64,000 nt of DNA from Perna viridis (lineage: Eukaryota), in NCBI GenBank assembly GCA_037379345.1, contig CM074513.1:3968001-4032000 (forward strand), written 5' to 3'. Below the pieces are notes generated by a model that searched no databases, was not told where the DNA came from, and saw nothing but the letters and a program-made list of their open reading frames with translations. Positions 1 to 12,047 of the stretch are shown here, in pieces; positions within the stretch are counted from its first letter, which is position 1; each line of letters starts with the position of its first letter. The position numbers and the translations under genes were made by a program.

Positions 1-3000
1 CCTTTTTTTTTGGAAGTCAAAAACTTCCAAAATTTCTGTCTGACCGACTGAATTTTTGTTCGACATGTCTGTTGGTCAGATGGTATTTCATAATGACGGA
101 GTCATAATTCATGCTAAAAATCATAAGAAGACAATACCTTAAAACAATATATCACAAGCAGTGATTTCCCACTTTTCCATGGGCATTACCGGTATGTGTT
201 AACTCAGGGCAAGACTGTACAACCAAATTCACAGGCAATAAAAGCCTTGTGATCACAGAGGCTGATCCAGAAATTCCAAAAAGGGGGAGGGGCACTAACT
301 GGCCTGAACAGGGCTCTACACTTTAGTGCTTTATACTATATAATAATCAACCAAAATTTTCAAAGGCGAGAACAAGGCTCCACCGCTCCCCTCAGATCCA
401 CCTATGATCACAGTCAGAAAATCCTTACTAGTACAAAAAACATGTATTTATTTCATATCAATACAGGACAATCCAACATCTCATGCTTCAGTACAGGAGA
501 TGACCAAAACCATTATTTGTAGGCAGAAATTTCAAATATGCAAGGCCTGCTTACATACTACCTTATATTGGATTTATAAACATAAGAAATCTCTCAATCA
601 TATGGCTAATTTAAACTTGATCATTTAAAAGTAATTTTACTGGCCATGACCAGATACATTGGTGGACATGGAAAATATTTTTATTAGTTCACTGAGTATA
701 GGTAAAAGTATTTCATACAATAGTAAAAGATCAAAGGATCACAGCTCAGGTAAACTTTGACAGGTAACATAGGTGTGTCACACTTCCTACTATATATGTG
801 GGCAGATATATGAGAAAATGTTCATCAGAATAAATTCACACTGAAATCCAATTTCTTAAAGATTAAAAATTGAAATAAATACTTAATGATGTAATTCATA
901 CAGGTCCAGTCTTACAGAAATATTTTCATAGATTTAAAGTTAGGTTTTCAACATTAAAGCATGATTATGTATGTCATATTTTCATTCATAAATGACTTTT
1001 TAATCATATTGATGATCTGATCATGGATGAAATCAGTCTTTTAAAGGAGATCAATATCAGCAGGACACTACGATCCTCTCAATTTGTAGTCCTTGCATTT
1101 CATATCTGCAATAGTTAAAATGAGTTATAGGTCATAAATAATTCACATAGCCATAACACCAAGGAACTTTGAACAATTAATCTATCAACCTCCCACACAC
1201 TAAGTAAATCTTTAAACAATGCAAAAGTATTTTCATAGGTAAATAAATTCTAGTTTGAATTGAGTGAATTTGCTCTTAGAAATTATGGGTTCAAACATAC
1301 TTTTAAGAGTGAAAGGTCCTGGATTGTTTTGTATCCTAAATTAAAGGGTCCACCAGAAGAAAGTGAAAGATTCTAAATAAGAATAAATGTAAGGTATGAC
1401 AGGTCCAGGATCTAGGAAAATGAAATTTCTACGCTCCAGCATCTGAAATTGAAGGTTCCCAACCTGGGTCCAGGGCTAGTTAAAAACTGTTTGAACCCCT
1501 TCAAAAGAAGTAGTTAAAAAGACTCTGCTACAAAATATCATAATTTTAACATGCAATGTATTTGATAAATAATTTAGGTTCAATACATTTAATTGCCATC
1601 AAATTAAGCATTTTTCTCAAATATCGCAGAGCACAGTAAAATATACAAAGGAACTCCTGTATGCCCCAAAATAAAACAGGTATAAAATCCTCAGTATCAA
1701 GAACATAGCTGATTACCCTCTGCAAAGTATCTTTATGCCCACGTTTGTGTCCAAATACAAAACCCAGAAGATACTCTGCACAGTGTCAAGATGATTTCTT
1801 AATATGTAAACATTGTCATCAAAACTGTACTTAGTCATTATCATATATGTAATTGACAATGATTATCCATGTATAACTTGAGGCATTTATACATACATTT
1901 TTCTACATATCTATTCGCTAATTACTCATAAAATGTTGTCGAGTCAACATCCTACTGGATCATCAATGACACTTTAATATGTGAAATTTACACAGTGAAT
2001 AATTTTGTTGTACAACTTTTTTTGTGATGTCTTGAGACAGCTGATTCGACCTTTTCAAACCTATTGAAAATCACATCTACGGTGACAGATCCGAAAACTT
2101 AGAAGGGGGACACTCCAGTGATTTCCAGTTTTTCTCTATATAATATATCCTCCTATGATCTATATTGTACATCTTATAATGTACAAAAATTAAGGTCAAT
2201 TGTGACTTTAGCAAAAATGAAAACAACAGAACTCTCAAATAACATTTTTCTAAAATGTTTATCAAAATAAATGTGCATGCTACTTTACCTGGACAGTGGG
2301 TTATTTAAAAGTTAACACAAAACAAAATGTGCAAGTTTAGTGTGAGATCTACATTTCTCTCTTTCAAGTTGACACTGCAAACAAATTCATAATTAAAATT
2401 TACATTAATCATGCTAGAATAGGAATGAACTTAGAACGAAAATTTCTAATTGGACAATTAAAACATACATGTACTATACACACACTTGATTTAAATAATA
2501 TACATTAAAAAATACCTGTAATTGTGTGGGAGGACATGTAATACTATGCTATTACCAAGCTTTTTGTCAACAATGAATGGTTTTATCGCTGGTGTGAATA
2601 CAGCTGATAAATTATCTATGATAATGTTGAGGGATGGTACAACTAGACTTAGATATGCATGGGTGTTATGTTTACATAAGATACTTAGAATCTTTATAAC
2701 CCACAATGTATACAATTCATGTAACTATCTATATACATTGTAGGTATCTCAAAAATACATGTATGTGTCAATGTTCAAAATATACATGTAAGATTACAAA
2801 GATTACAAGGGTCTGTGGCTTTATTTGCATGAAGTGAGTCTCAATTGGGAATTTAGGTCAATTAGGGTCACACAATCACTCTATGTATTAGTAATGTGAA
2901 AGCAGACCAGATAATAAAGAAAATTTGTGGGGAGCTGGTGTTCTACAGGGCTGATAGACCCCCATGCTAAACATTTAATAGTTCTGGTGATAATAGGTGA

Positions 3001-5438
3001 AATCCTTTCGAAAATGACAGACTTCTAAGGGCAATACATGTACATGAACCAACATTTCCTCTTCCTATGAAATAGGTTTATAAAAAGAACTGGTACAATA
3101 CACAAGTACATGTATGAACATCTCTCACTTTCACATGATAAAATGAAAATTTGATCACAAGCACAAGTATATGTACATGTAAATACTTTTTTGTGGTTTA
3201 AATCCCTACATACAGGATACTGATGTATATAACTTTGCCCTTCATTGAGATTTTTGGTTTAAAGAGTGTATTATTTTATAATTGTTTCATATCATCACTT
3301 TTTCAATCTAATTTTTTTATGAGTACTTATAAGGGACAGATTTTCAGCTATGAAGCCCATTTATAAGTTTTTTTCATAATTATGAATATCAATCTTTTTA
3401 AAAAGTCTTAATATTACAAAAAAATCATTACCTTAATAGAATCGGTACATGTATGTACTAGTATTTTGTCACCTTGGAATTCTTCTAGCAGTAGCCCAAA
3501 CCACTAAAACTTCATATTGACATGTTATTTTGAAAAAATTTCCTCCTATTTTTAAGTAAAGTGAACCCACTTTAGGGCAATAAAAAATCTTTTCAATTTT
3601 TATTACTACCAATTTCCCAAATATTCTTAACTGCTAAGGAAGTATTTGTTACTGAAATCATGTTATCATCCAAATGTTATTAGAGGAACATTGTCAACCT
3701 CTCAAACTGAATCTCTGATACATGCATGAATGTACAAATACATAACCAGAATAGATGCAATACCTAATCAGACTGGTGTGTGGGAGAAATTGACGTTCTG
3801 CCTGAGTGGGAATAACATCACTAAATTTTTAAATATACCAGGCCTATATATACAGGTGTTAAGTCAAGTTCAGTATAGTAAAAAAAATATGCTTATAGGT
3901 GTTCAATATACTGTACACTGAAGCATTAAAACATCCTTGAACTTGAATTTTCTACAGTATAATATAAATGTTCTTAAGATTTCTCGAGCCTACAGTGGTG
4001 ATTTCAAAGTCATTTTACAATCACACCCACTTGACTGTTAACTGGATATTTTTCTTCCCACACAACAATAGCAGTAAACTATATGTATGTGTACAAAAGT
4101 TAATAACTAATTCTTAAAAATTATAGCCAGTCTTAGTCATTTTTTAAGTTAGCCAAATAAGTATTGGTATCTTATTTCAGTAATTCAAACCAACTGGGAT
4201 TGAATATGGGCAATACCATTTAGAAGTACCTTACATATTTTAATTTTGAAGCCCAGTGAAGTACCTATTTCCTTATATACTTATCAGATTTTGGGCGAAC
4301 TACTTGAAGCTATTGAGTAAAGAAGCACCAAAATAGAGAATCTATTTCCTTAAATGAAAGTTTTAATAATTTATTATACTTTTGTAGTAACAGTTTAATT
4401 GGCAAGATAAAATATAGCAATAAACAATACTCAAATGCTAAACAGCAACAATCAAAACAAAAAATAAAGACAAAAGAATTACACTCCATGTATAATACAA
4501 AAAAACTTAATATTCATTTATATTAAAAAAATGCATGTAATTATTGACTTTTCCCAATTTTGTAACCTGTGAATGTAAGATGACAGTTAATATCAAGATA
4601 ATCAAAATATTATTGCAAATTGTCAAGCTCTATTTTCAGTAACAGTTTTAACTTGATTGGGTAATTTAGACATTGTCAACTACTTAATCTAATACTGACA
4701 TAATTATTGTCTATTATATATAGCGTTAACAAATATCACGTTATAGACTGGTAAAGTGTTGTTTGTTTTCAAGCACTGTTGATCAATAACCTCTGTACAT
4801 GTATAGGTGAAAAATGAAACAAAATATAAAGAGAATAGGTATGGTGTCAAAAAAACTGGGGTCTCCAAATGAACGCAGAAAAACCCTCATAACACAGGGC
4901 AGGCTGCAGCTGGCCCCAAAATATCTAACAATACATCTTGTACTTTTATAATAGGGATACGGAAATATGACGTAAATCAATAAAAATCAAACTTAATCAT
5001 CAAATGACAAGTAAGTTTATACTGCAATACATGTACATGTTTAATCCATACACCAAATAGGGTTTAAGTACATGCATACATGTACATGTATACATCCTTA
5101 ATCTCCTTGTCATTGTATTATATGTTTATATTACAGTACTATTATTCACCAACTGTAATTTTGAGACTTGTAAGCAGAGTCTGATATTGTCTATCAAATA
5201 GTACCTAAAATCGATAATAAACTTTTCATAACATGCTAATCATTATCTTCAATGCTTTAGTTTAATTCTTTTTATCTTTTTTTAGGATGATTTTTATTTT
5301 AAGTTACAAAAAAAAAGTATGATATATGATATCAGTAAAGGTGCATAATTCAATGAATACATGTACAAATGTACTCGGAAACAAATATTCTGTCGGTAAC
5401 TGCACTATAGAATCCATATTTTCCTTTAGAAAACATAC

Positions 5439-6368
5439 CTCATTCCAAGTTGGGTTTAATTCTGACTTAATAACTTCTGTTTTCTTCTTTTGACCTGAAA
5501 ATAATTTTTTAAATGTATTAAAACACTGTTTACATATGCCTCTTACTGTAAGACGCCTGAAACTAGTTGACTTATGGACATGATGATGAAGGTTCTATCT
5601 AAACTAGGTACATTGTATATGTAACGTTCATATTCTTATCTTCATTGAACATAACAATCACAAAGTGAACTTACGATGTACCAGACAAAAGAAAGTAAGC
5701 GTAAAGAAAGAAGTCAGGCCCAATATTTTTATGGTAGTGAGAAGTAATTTTTAGTGCACTTTCATTTTTTTTTACAATTTACAAGATTTTTACCTTCAAT
5801 ATCCCTCTAAAACTAAAATTCAACTTATGATATGGGGTGTATTTAGGATTTTAATTTAAAATACTGGCATAGAGAAAACTTAACCTAATAATTCGATACA
5901 AAATCAGATGTACAATTCAAATTTTATAATTAATTTCTTGGAACAACCTAAAAATTTGTTAAGAAATCACATCAACACATGAAATGCTTCTGGTCACAAA
6001 AAAATTGTCCCAAAAACTATCAGGATGATATATAAGCAATTTTAGTTATGGAGGTTTAAAACCATTTCTACAAATGAACTTAGTTCAACCTAATTTGATG
6101 CAAAATATTGAGATCAACAATCAATTGCTTCTAGACAGCCTACAAAATGAAACTATTTTTTTTATCCACGAAATGATCAAACTATGTTTTGCATGGAGGA
6201 AAACAACATAAGTGTACTTCCAGGTATGTACACACGTAAGTTCCCAAGACTTGTTAACTTATTCAACTTACCCTTATATTCAATTGATGTGTAGGGGTCA
6301 CTTTCTCCGAACTTTTCTGCATTTGGAACATTAGTTGCACTTACGACAACTACTTGCAGTGCAGACAT
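5439..6368 (-). CDS. MYOF: Ferlin (myoferlin/dysferlin-like), first two coding exons encoding the start of the C2A domain; gene continues beyond the left edge
   Basis: Exon 6368-6272 reads MSALQVVVVSATNVPNAEKFGESDPYTSIEYKG (donor GTAAGT). Exon 5494-5439 (56 nt, TTTCAG acceptor, GTATGT donor) reads QKKKTEVIKSELNPTWNE. This matches the myoferlin/dysferlin N-terminus (..SDP..F/Y..KKKT......LNPVWNE). No third exon recognised in 1-5438. Paralogue assignment within ferlins is uncertain. Confidence 0.85.
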
Positions 6369-6369
6369 T

Positions 6370-6600
6370 TTTGCTGTTTATTTTCACTGTTCCATTCCTT
6401 TGATCGTCCACACCCGGCTGTCAAGTCACGGTCTAATGACACCGTTGACAATGATGGATAACATCCGAGTATATTCGAAAGTCTAGAAGTTTTTACCCGC
6501 GAAAATTTAATGCGTTGTCACGCGCCGAAAATTGCGGACGTCGTTGAGGGCACTTAAGTGATTCACGCCTATGTTTTGTTTTGTTTCGAACATCTGTAAC
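6370..6600 (-). promoter_or_regulatory. CpG-enriched 5' UTR/promoter region of the ferlin gene
   Basis: Local cluster of CpG dinucleotides directly upstream of the ATG in an otherwise CpG-poor background. Confidence 0.45.
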
Positions 6601-7071
6601 TTCAATCACAAACTATCGCTAATTAACACAGAGCTAAATCAAAAGAATTTGAACTTGAATGAAAAAAATCCGCATTTTGCAAGCCCCAGCAAAATAGCAT
6701 CATATATATAGCTACAGTTTTGCTATAAAAATCCTGACATAGGATTATATATAGTTTTGCTATCATTCCGATTTAACTCAGAAATGTAGTATACCCGGAC
6801 CGTGACATTTCACAGGGACTTTAGGTCCTCTATATAGATACGTGACTGCAGATAACTTTGTGACAATTTGTGGAAATAAACCTATATTCAGACACTTAAA
6901 CAAGCAAATCCAACAATTGTTTCCTGTAAAAGAAGTATATATTTTTCAAAACCTTACATTATGAAGATCCATGAAAAAAAATATTCTGTTCTATTTTGTC
7001 ATAAAAAAATGTAGCCATGGTAACATAATGAAAAAAATATATCAGTTTTCATAAAAATATATAGTTCTTGG

Positions 7072-8133
7072 TAGAGATTCCTCATATTTTGTAAGAAGAT
7101 GTTTTAGAGATTCCTCATACTTTGTAAGAAATAATTCCAAATCATCTTCCAAATATACAGAGGAAGATGTTTACAAAATGCTGGAATTTTTAATCAACAA
7201 CATATTTGTCCAGTGTGGTGGACGTGTTTTTCAACAAACGGTCGGCATTCCAATGGGAACAAATTGTGCTCCTTTACTTGCTGACCTATTCCTTCACTCT
7301 TATGAGGCTGACTTTATAGCTGATCTGATCAGAAAGAAAGAATATCGTTTGGCTAGATCCTTCAATCTCAGTTTCCGCTATATAGATGACGTATTATCTT
7401 TAAACAATCCTAATTTCGGGGATTTGATACATTGCATCTACCCAAAAGAACTTGAGATAAAGGATACTACAGACACTGTGAAGTCAGCCTCATATCTTGA
7501 CCTACACTTAGAAATCGATGGTAAAGGAAAAGTATTGACCAAACTTTACGACAAACGTGATGATTTTTCATTCAAAATTGTCAACTTTCCTTTCATCTGT
7601 GGCAACATCCCTTCAGCACCTGAGTATGGAGTATTCATATCACAACTCATACGTTATGCCAGAGCTTGCCGAAACTACGCAGACTTTTTTGTATCGCACT
7701 AGAACTCTAACAAATAGACTTCTGGAACAGGGATATGTTGCTACAAGATTGAAGTCATCACTACAGAAGTTTTATGGTCGTCATCATGAACTCGTGGATC
7801 GTTATGGTGTATCCATCTGCACCATGAAAAGTGGTTTATTCAACGGGTCATAGTTTTCCTCTCCTCGTTTGTCTACACCGGACTTGACTTTTTATGAGCA
7901 ACTCGGCGGGTGTTTCTAGAGAAGCAGAGGACTCTTACCCTACCAGTGCACCTGGTCCATGCTCCCAGTTTTTAGTGGAGTCCGAGTTGCTCATTTGCCT
8001 TTGTTACTTTGTATGTATGATTTTAGTTACTTTATGTTCTTTGTTGTGTATGTCTGTTTTCCATGTCGGGTCTTTGTCCCTGGATTACATTCTTTTGATT
8101 ACCGCTATAACCTTGGTTCCCTTGATTACTCTT
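7072..8133 (+). mobile_element. 5'-truncated Penelope-like retrotransposon (RT at the C-terminus of the ORF, Naiad-type layout) with 3' UTR
   Basis: ORFs 7178-7702 and 7557-7853 join through a +1 T in a T-run (~7685-7690) into an RT with QQTVGIPMG, FRYIDD, YLDL, LYDKRDDF and [15 protein letters not shown]. Stop at 7853, then a ~280-nt tail ending TTGGTTCCCTTGATTACT. Confidence 0.88.
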
Positions 8134-9418
8134 TAAATTGTCAATTTTGTGTGTGCTTGATTTCATTGTCCAGTCGTTGTCCTTTTATATGGTGCGGGGA
8201 GGGGTGGGGTCACTGATAGCCATGGGGAAAATTTCTTATCCAAATTGATAAGGTGACGAACTGATCATTTACACGCATTTTTCTGCAACCTGCTCGAGAC
8301 CTTTGTTTCTATGTACCTTCTCTTAATTTAAAATGATGTCAGGTACACAATAATAGAATATATGAATGGGTATGTCTTTTGTGCTGAAAAACATGAATTG
8401 CACTGATTTTCTTGCAAGACAAGTAGATGAATGGGGATGTTTTTCTTGTTCCAGCTGCACCCCGTATCCAATTTTCACAAATGTTGCCCCGTGTCCTTCA
8501 TTTACATTCTTTTGGCCACCGTTCGAATCCATGTTTCCTCTGATTTTCCTTTGGCCAAGATACATGTGTGCTTCCTCTGTATACACTGAATCTGAAATGT
8601 AGACAACAAGATAACGAAAGCCGACTTTCATGCTTTGCGTGTGCATATTTTGATATTGTATCTCTGTGCTAAAAATGGGTAGATCGTGTTCTTAAAAACA
8701 GAGGTATATTGCTGGGTCGGTAAATGAAAAACTAAATCACTTCCAAAACTCCATTCTAATTTACTCACAGCAGTGAAGGGTGGGCTTGTAATAAAACCTT
8801 TTTTCACAAGTGGCGTGAATTAGATGAGGCTTCTAAAAACCAAAAGACCTTCGTATACAAGTGTATCGCCCCTAGTAGCATTAACCTTTGTAATAGTATA
8901 TAAACTTTTGGTTATTTATTCTACCTATAGAACACAACATTCCACATGACAAGGTAGTAAAAACTATTTGAACAAACAGTGTGCCACTTTTGGTGGATCT
9001 GTTTGTTTATTCGCGTGAAGTTTTTATACGGGCATGCTACAGAGGAAAAAAGCGACAAGCCCAGTTATATATACAATTGTGTTATTTTTAATAACTTTCG
9101 AGAAAATGAGAGATAAGACAGATAACAGTCATTTAATATTATTTTAATTTAGGGCTTTTAAAAATCTTTTTATGTTATTTGTCTCGCTATATACAAAAAG
9201 TACATGTATATATAGGGTCTTTGTGTATATATAATATTGTATGCGCAACAGGGTATGAATTGTTTTTTTTTTTATGTAAAATGATTAACGGTTGTAAAAT
9301 GCGAAAATATTTAGCATATACCTGTAATATTTAATTACAGGTCTCTGTATATAGGCAATGGCTATTTTGCCGGCTCCGTTAAAATAGCCAATTATAAAAG
9401 CTTTTACAAATTCTATTC

Positions 9419-9525
9419 TGTGATTTATTTTGTGTTCTTTTTGTGTGTTTCTTTCATTCCATGTCTGGTCTTGATCCCTGGATTCTTTTGATTTCCGCTA
9501 GAATCTTGGTTCCCTTGATTACTAT
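9419..9525 (+). mobile_element. 3'-terminal fragment of the same Penelope-like family
   Basis: Matches 8020-8130 (TTCCATGTCTGGTC..TCCCTGGATT..CCGCTA..TTGGTTCCCTTGATTACT). Confidence 0.7.
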
Positions 9526-10599
9526 TTCTAATAGCCCACAGGGGATCTGCTCCCACTATCGAATATGAAGCCCGACTATGATATATGAACACGATACACT
9601 AGTCATATTAGCCTAATCAACCCCAAAGGGCCCTATGCACTGGTCCGTAGAAATATCGTGTACATTCCGTCAAGGGGAGACAACATTGATTTTGTTTGTC
9701 ATGATTTTGTAAAGTCATTTCAACATATGCTTTATTTGCGATCAGCTGTGCTTAGATTAGCTAGCTTTCAAAGTAATCTAGACAAGGGATTTTTCAAGAG
9801 ACCCAGGTAAACCAAAATCTTGTCCATTTCAAAGCTAAAGAACTGTAAACTCGTCTCTAACCTAGCAACATTTTGTTAATCAAGATACTAATCTTGTGAC
9901 ATAATATTACTTCGTGTATTTCTGTTTATTTCTGACAAAAACACGCACACACATACCAACAAAATAGACTATCAATTATACAATTGAACAACAATTTCTG
10001 GTGAAGGGAAACATAGTCTTTTCTTTTCCTTCCATTCAGAATGCACCTCCATCAGAAGTATATTGTACATGCATATCCACCATCACAGTGAGCACACATA
10101 GGGTGCTACATAATGGTGAAATCTGTAACATCTAAAAAAAAATATGATGAAGGTGAAACCTTTTAACGCTCCCGAAGAAACATTAATAAAAACAAATTTT
10201 TTGTCAGCTTTTTTTTGATATGTTATACCTTTAAGTATGGTAAATTTTGTAATTATATATATTTGCCCTAAAGCATTATACTAATTGTCATGGTCTGATA
10301 TGTCTATTTGCTGAAATGTCCGGCATTCATAAAGAATTATTGGTTTTCGTGGTCTGAAATGTCTTTGGGTCGAATTGTCCGGCACTGGTTAACATTATGG
10401 TTCTTAAAATTTGCGAAACGTTTTAAAAGATTTCTTTTATTGTATTTAGTTTCACTGCATTCTGTTTCATTTAGTATACTTTAATTATGTTTTTATTACA
10501 ATTTGATTAATTTTATCTAATTGTTTTGTTTCAATTCTTTCCTTTATCGATTATTTTTGTTTCGTTTTGGTTTCACAATTTTTATGACCCGAGAATTAT

Positions 10600-10810
10600 G
10601 GGTAATATTGATGACGTAATTTTCGTAAACATTCGGGAGCCATACTGCAGAGTATAAGGCCAACCCTATCGTGGAAATATTAGATTGATTTGTATTTAAT
10701 TATCGAAGCTATTTTCCGAGACTGGTTTGGCGCTCAGTCGCACATACACAAGTATACGCAAATGAAGCTGCCATTGTGCTGTTTTTTAGCTCCTGAAAAT
10801 GCAGGTACAA
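10600..10810 (+). promoter_or_regulatory. Candidate IDE promoter / first exon
   Basis: CpG-enriched patch, CRE-like TGACGTAA near 10613, ATG at 10762 and a CAG|GTACAA donor after 10804. Confidence 0.4.
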
Positions 10811-12047
10811 ACTGGATATTGATGCTTTTTCTTGCCATAAGTATACAGAACCAAGTTGATAATACAACCATAAACACTCCCAATCATACTAAACTAAGGC
10901 TAAACTGGTTGTTGTCGAACAGGGTACACAAATTTATCCATGGTAATTTTATTTTCAATCAATGACTGTACCCTGGGCAAATTTATTTTCAGTAATCATA
11001 CCTTTGATACAGTGCTTTGTCTTGCTAGTACACTTGTTTTAATCATACCACAGAAAATACCGCCCAATTGTTGCATTGGGAATTAACTTGTGAAGATGGT
11101 TAGTGATGTTGTTGATGTTTACAATATTACAAAATCATGGCATGGAGAGTAGAACAAGGGGGTCTTAAAGCACATTTGGAGTCCATTGAGACATTCACCT
11201 TGTCAACATTATCAGGAAAATGTGACAACAGAAAAATGGGAGGATGGTTTCCATAGTGACAGAGTTAGATTCAGTACAAAGGACAAGTTGCCTGTCCCAA
11301 GCAATCCAAATTCCCTGCTCTGGCTTGTATTGAGCAAAAACCTGTCTTAAAGTATCTCTATCTAACACATTTTATGTAAAATAACTTGTGTATAAAGACC
11401 ACCTGTCTTATGTAATGCATTCTATATAAATTTTACATGTATATTAAAGATCCCCTGTCTTATATGACCATGATTTTGCTCTCCCTTGGCAGGTTACTTA
11501 AGACAGGTTTGACTCCCTGTACAGCTTAATTTTTATTTTAATTCTTAGCACAGGTGTTTCATTATTTTTTTGCAATGCAGGTACCTTTGATTTTGTAGGA
11601 GGTACTTTTCATCATTTTGTTTAATAGAAATGTATGTAATTTTAAAATTCTGGAGGTACCTTTCAGTAGTTTAGAAGGGTAAAAGTACCTCTTAATGAAA
11701 GGCCTGTTTTTAGCATAATTGCTTAACATGTTAATCACGGTTTCAGAAAAAAGTATATAAAAATTTTTTAAAAGGTAATTATACATGTCAAAATCACACT
11801 AACAAATGTGTTTTGAGATAAATGTAATTCTGAAAACACTAAAGAATCACTTATAGATTGACTTCTAAATATATTTCCAAAGAATGCACTGGGAAAGACA
11901 ATTGTAAACACTGTTATGCAGATCCACACTTAAGTAGAATTTAAATGACTCATGACTACATTTGGTATAATCTTGTGGTTTTATTTCCATTTTAATTTTG
12001 CAAAAGTACTTACATTTTGTATTTTTTTTTTTAGATTTTTATCAGCT

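Noticed and set aside
1-5438. Further ferlin exons or other genes (short ORFs 404-628, 2491-2743, 3730-3921, 4783-4980)
   Set aside because: No recognisable C2A continuation or protein motif; consistent with a long intron containing small decayed repeats.
7106-8133. Selenoprotein-encoding Naiad with a SECIS element
   Set aside because: No in-frame TGA in the visible RT frame and no convincing SECIS fold in the tail.
7894-8216. Hydrophobic ORFs 7894-8136 and 7959-8216
   Set aside because: They translate the T/G-rich retroelement 3' tail, and the frame is not preserved in the second copy.
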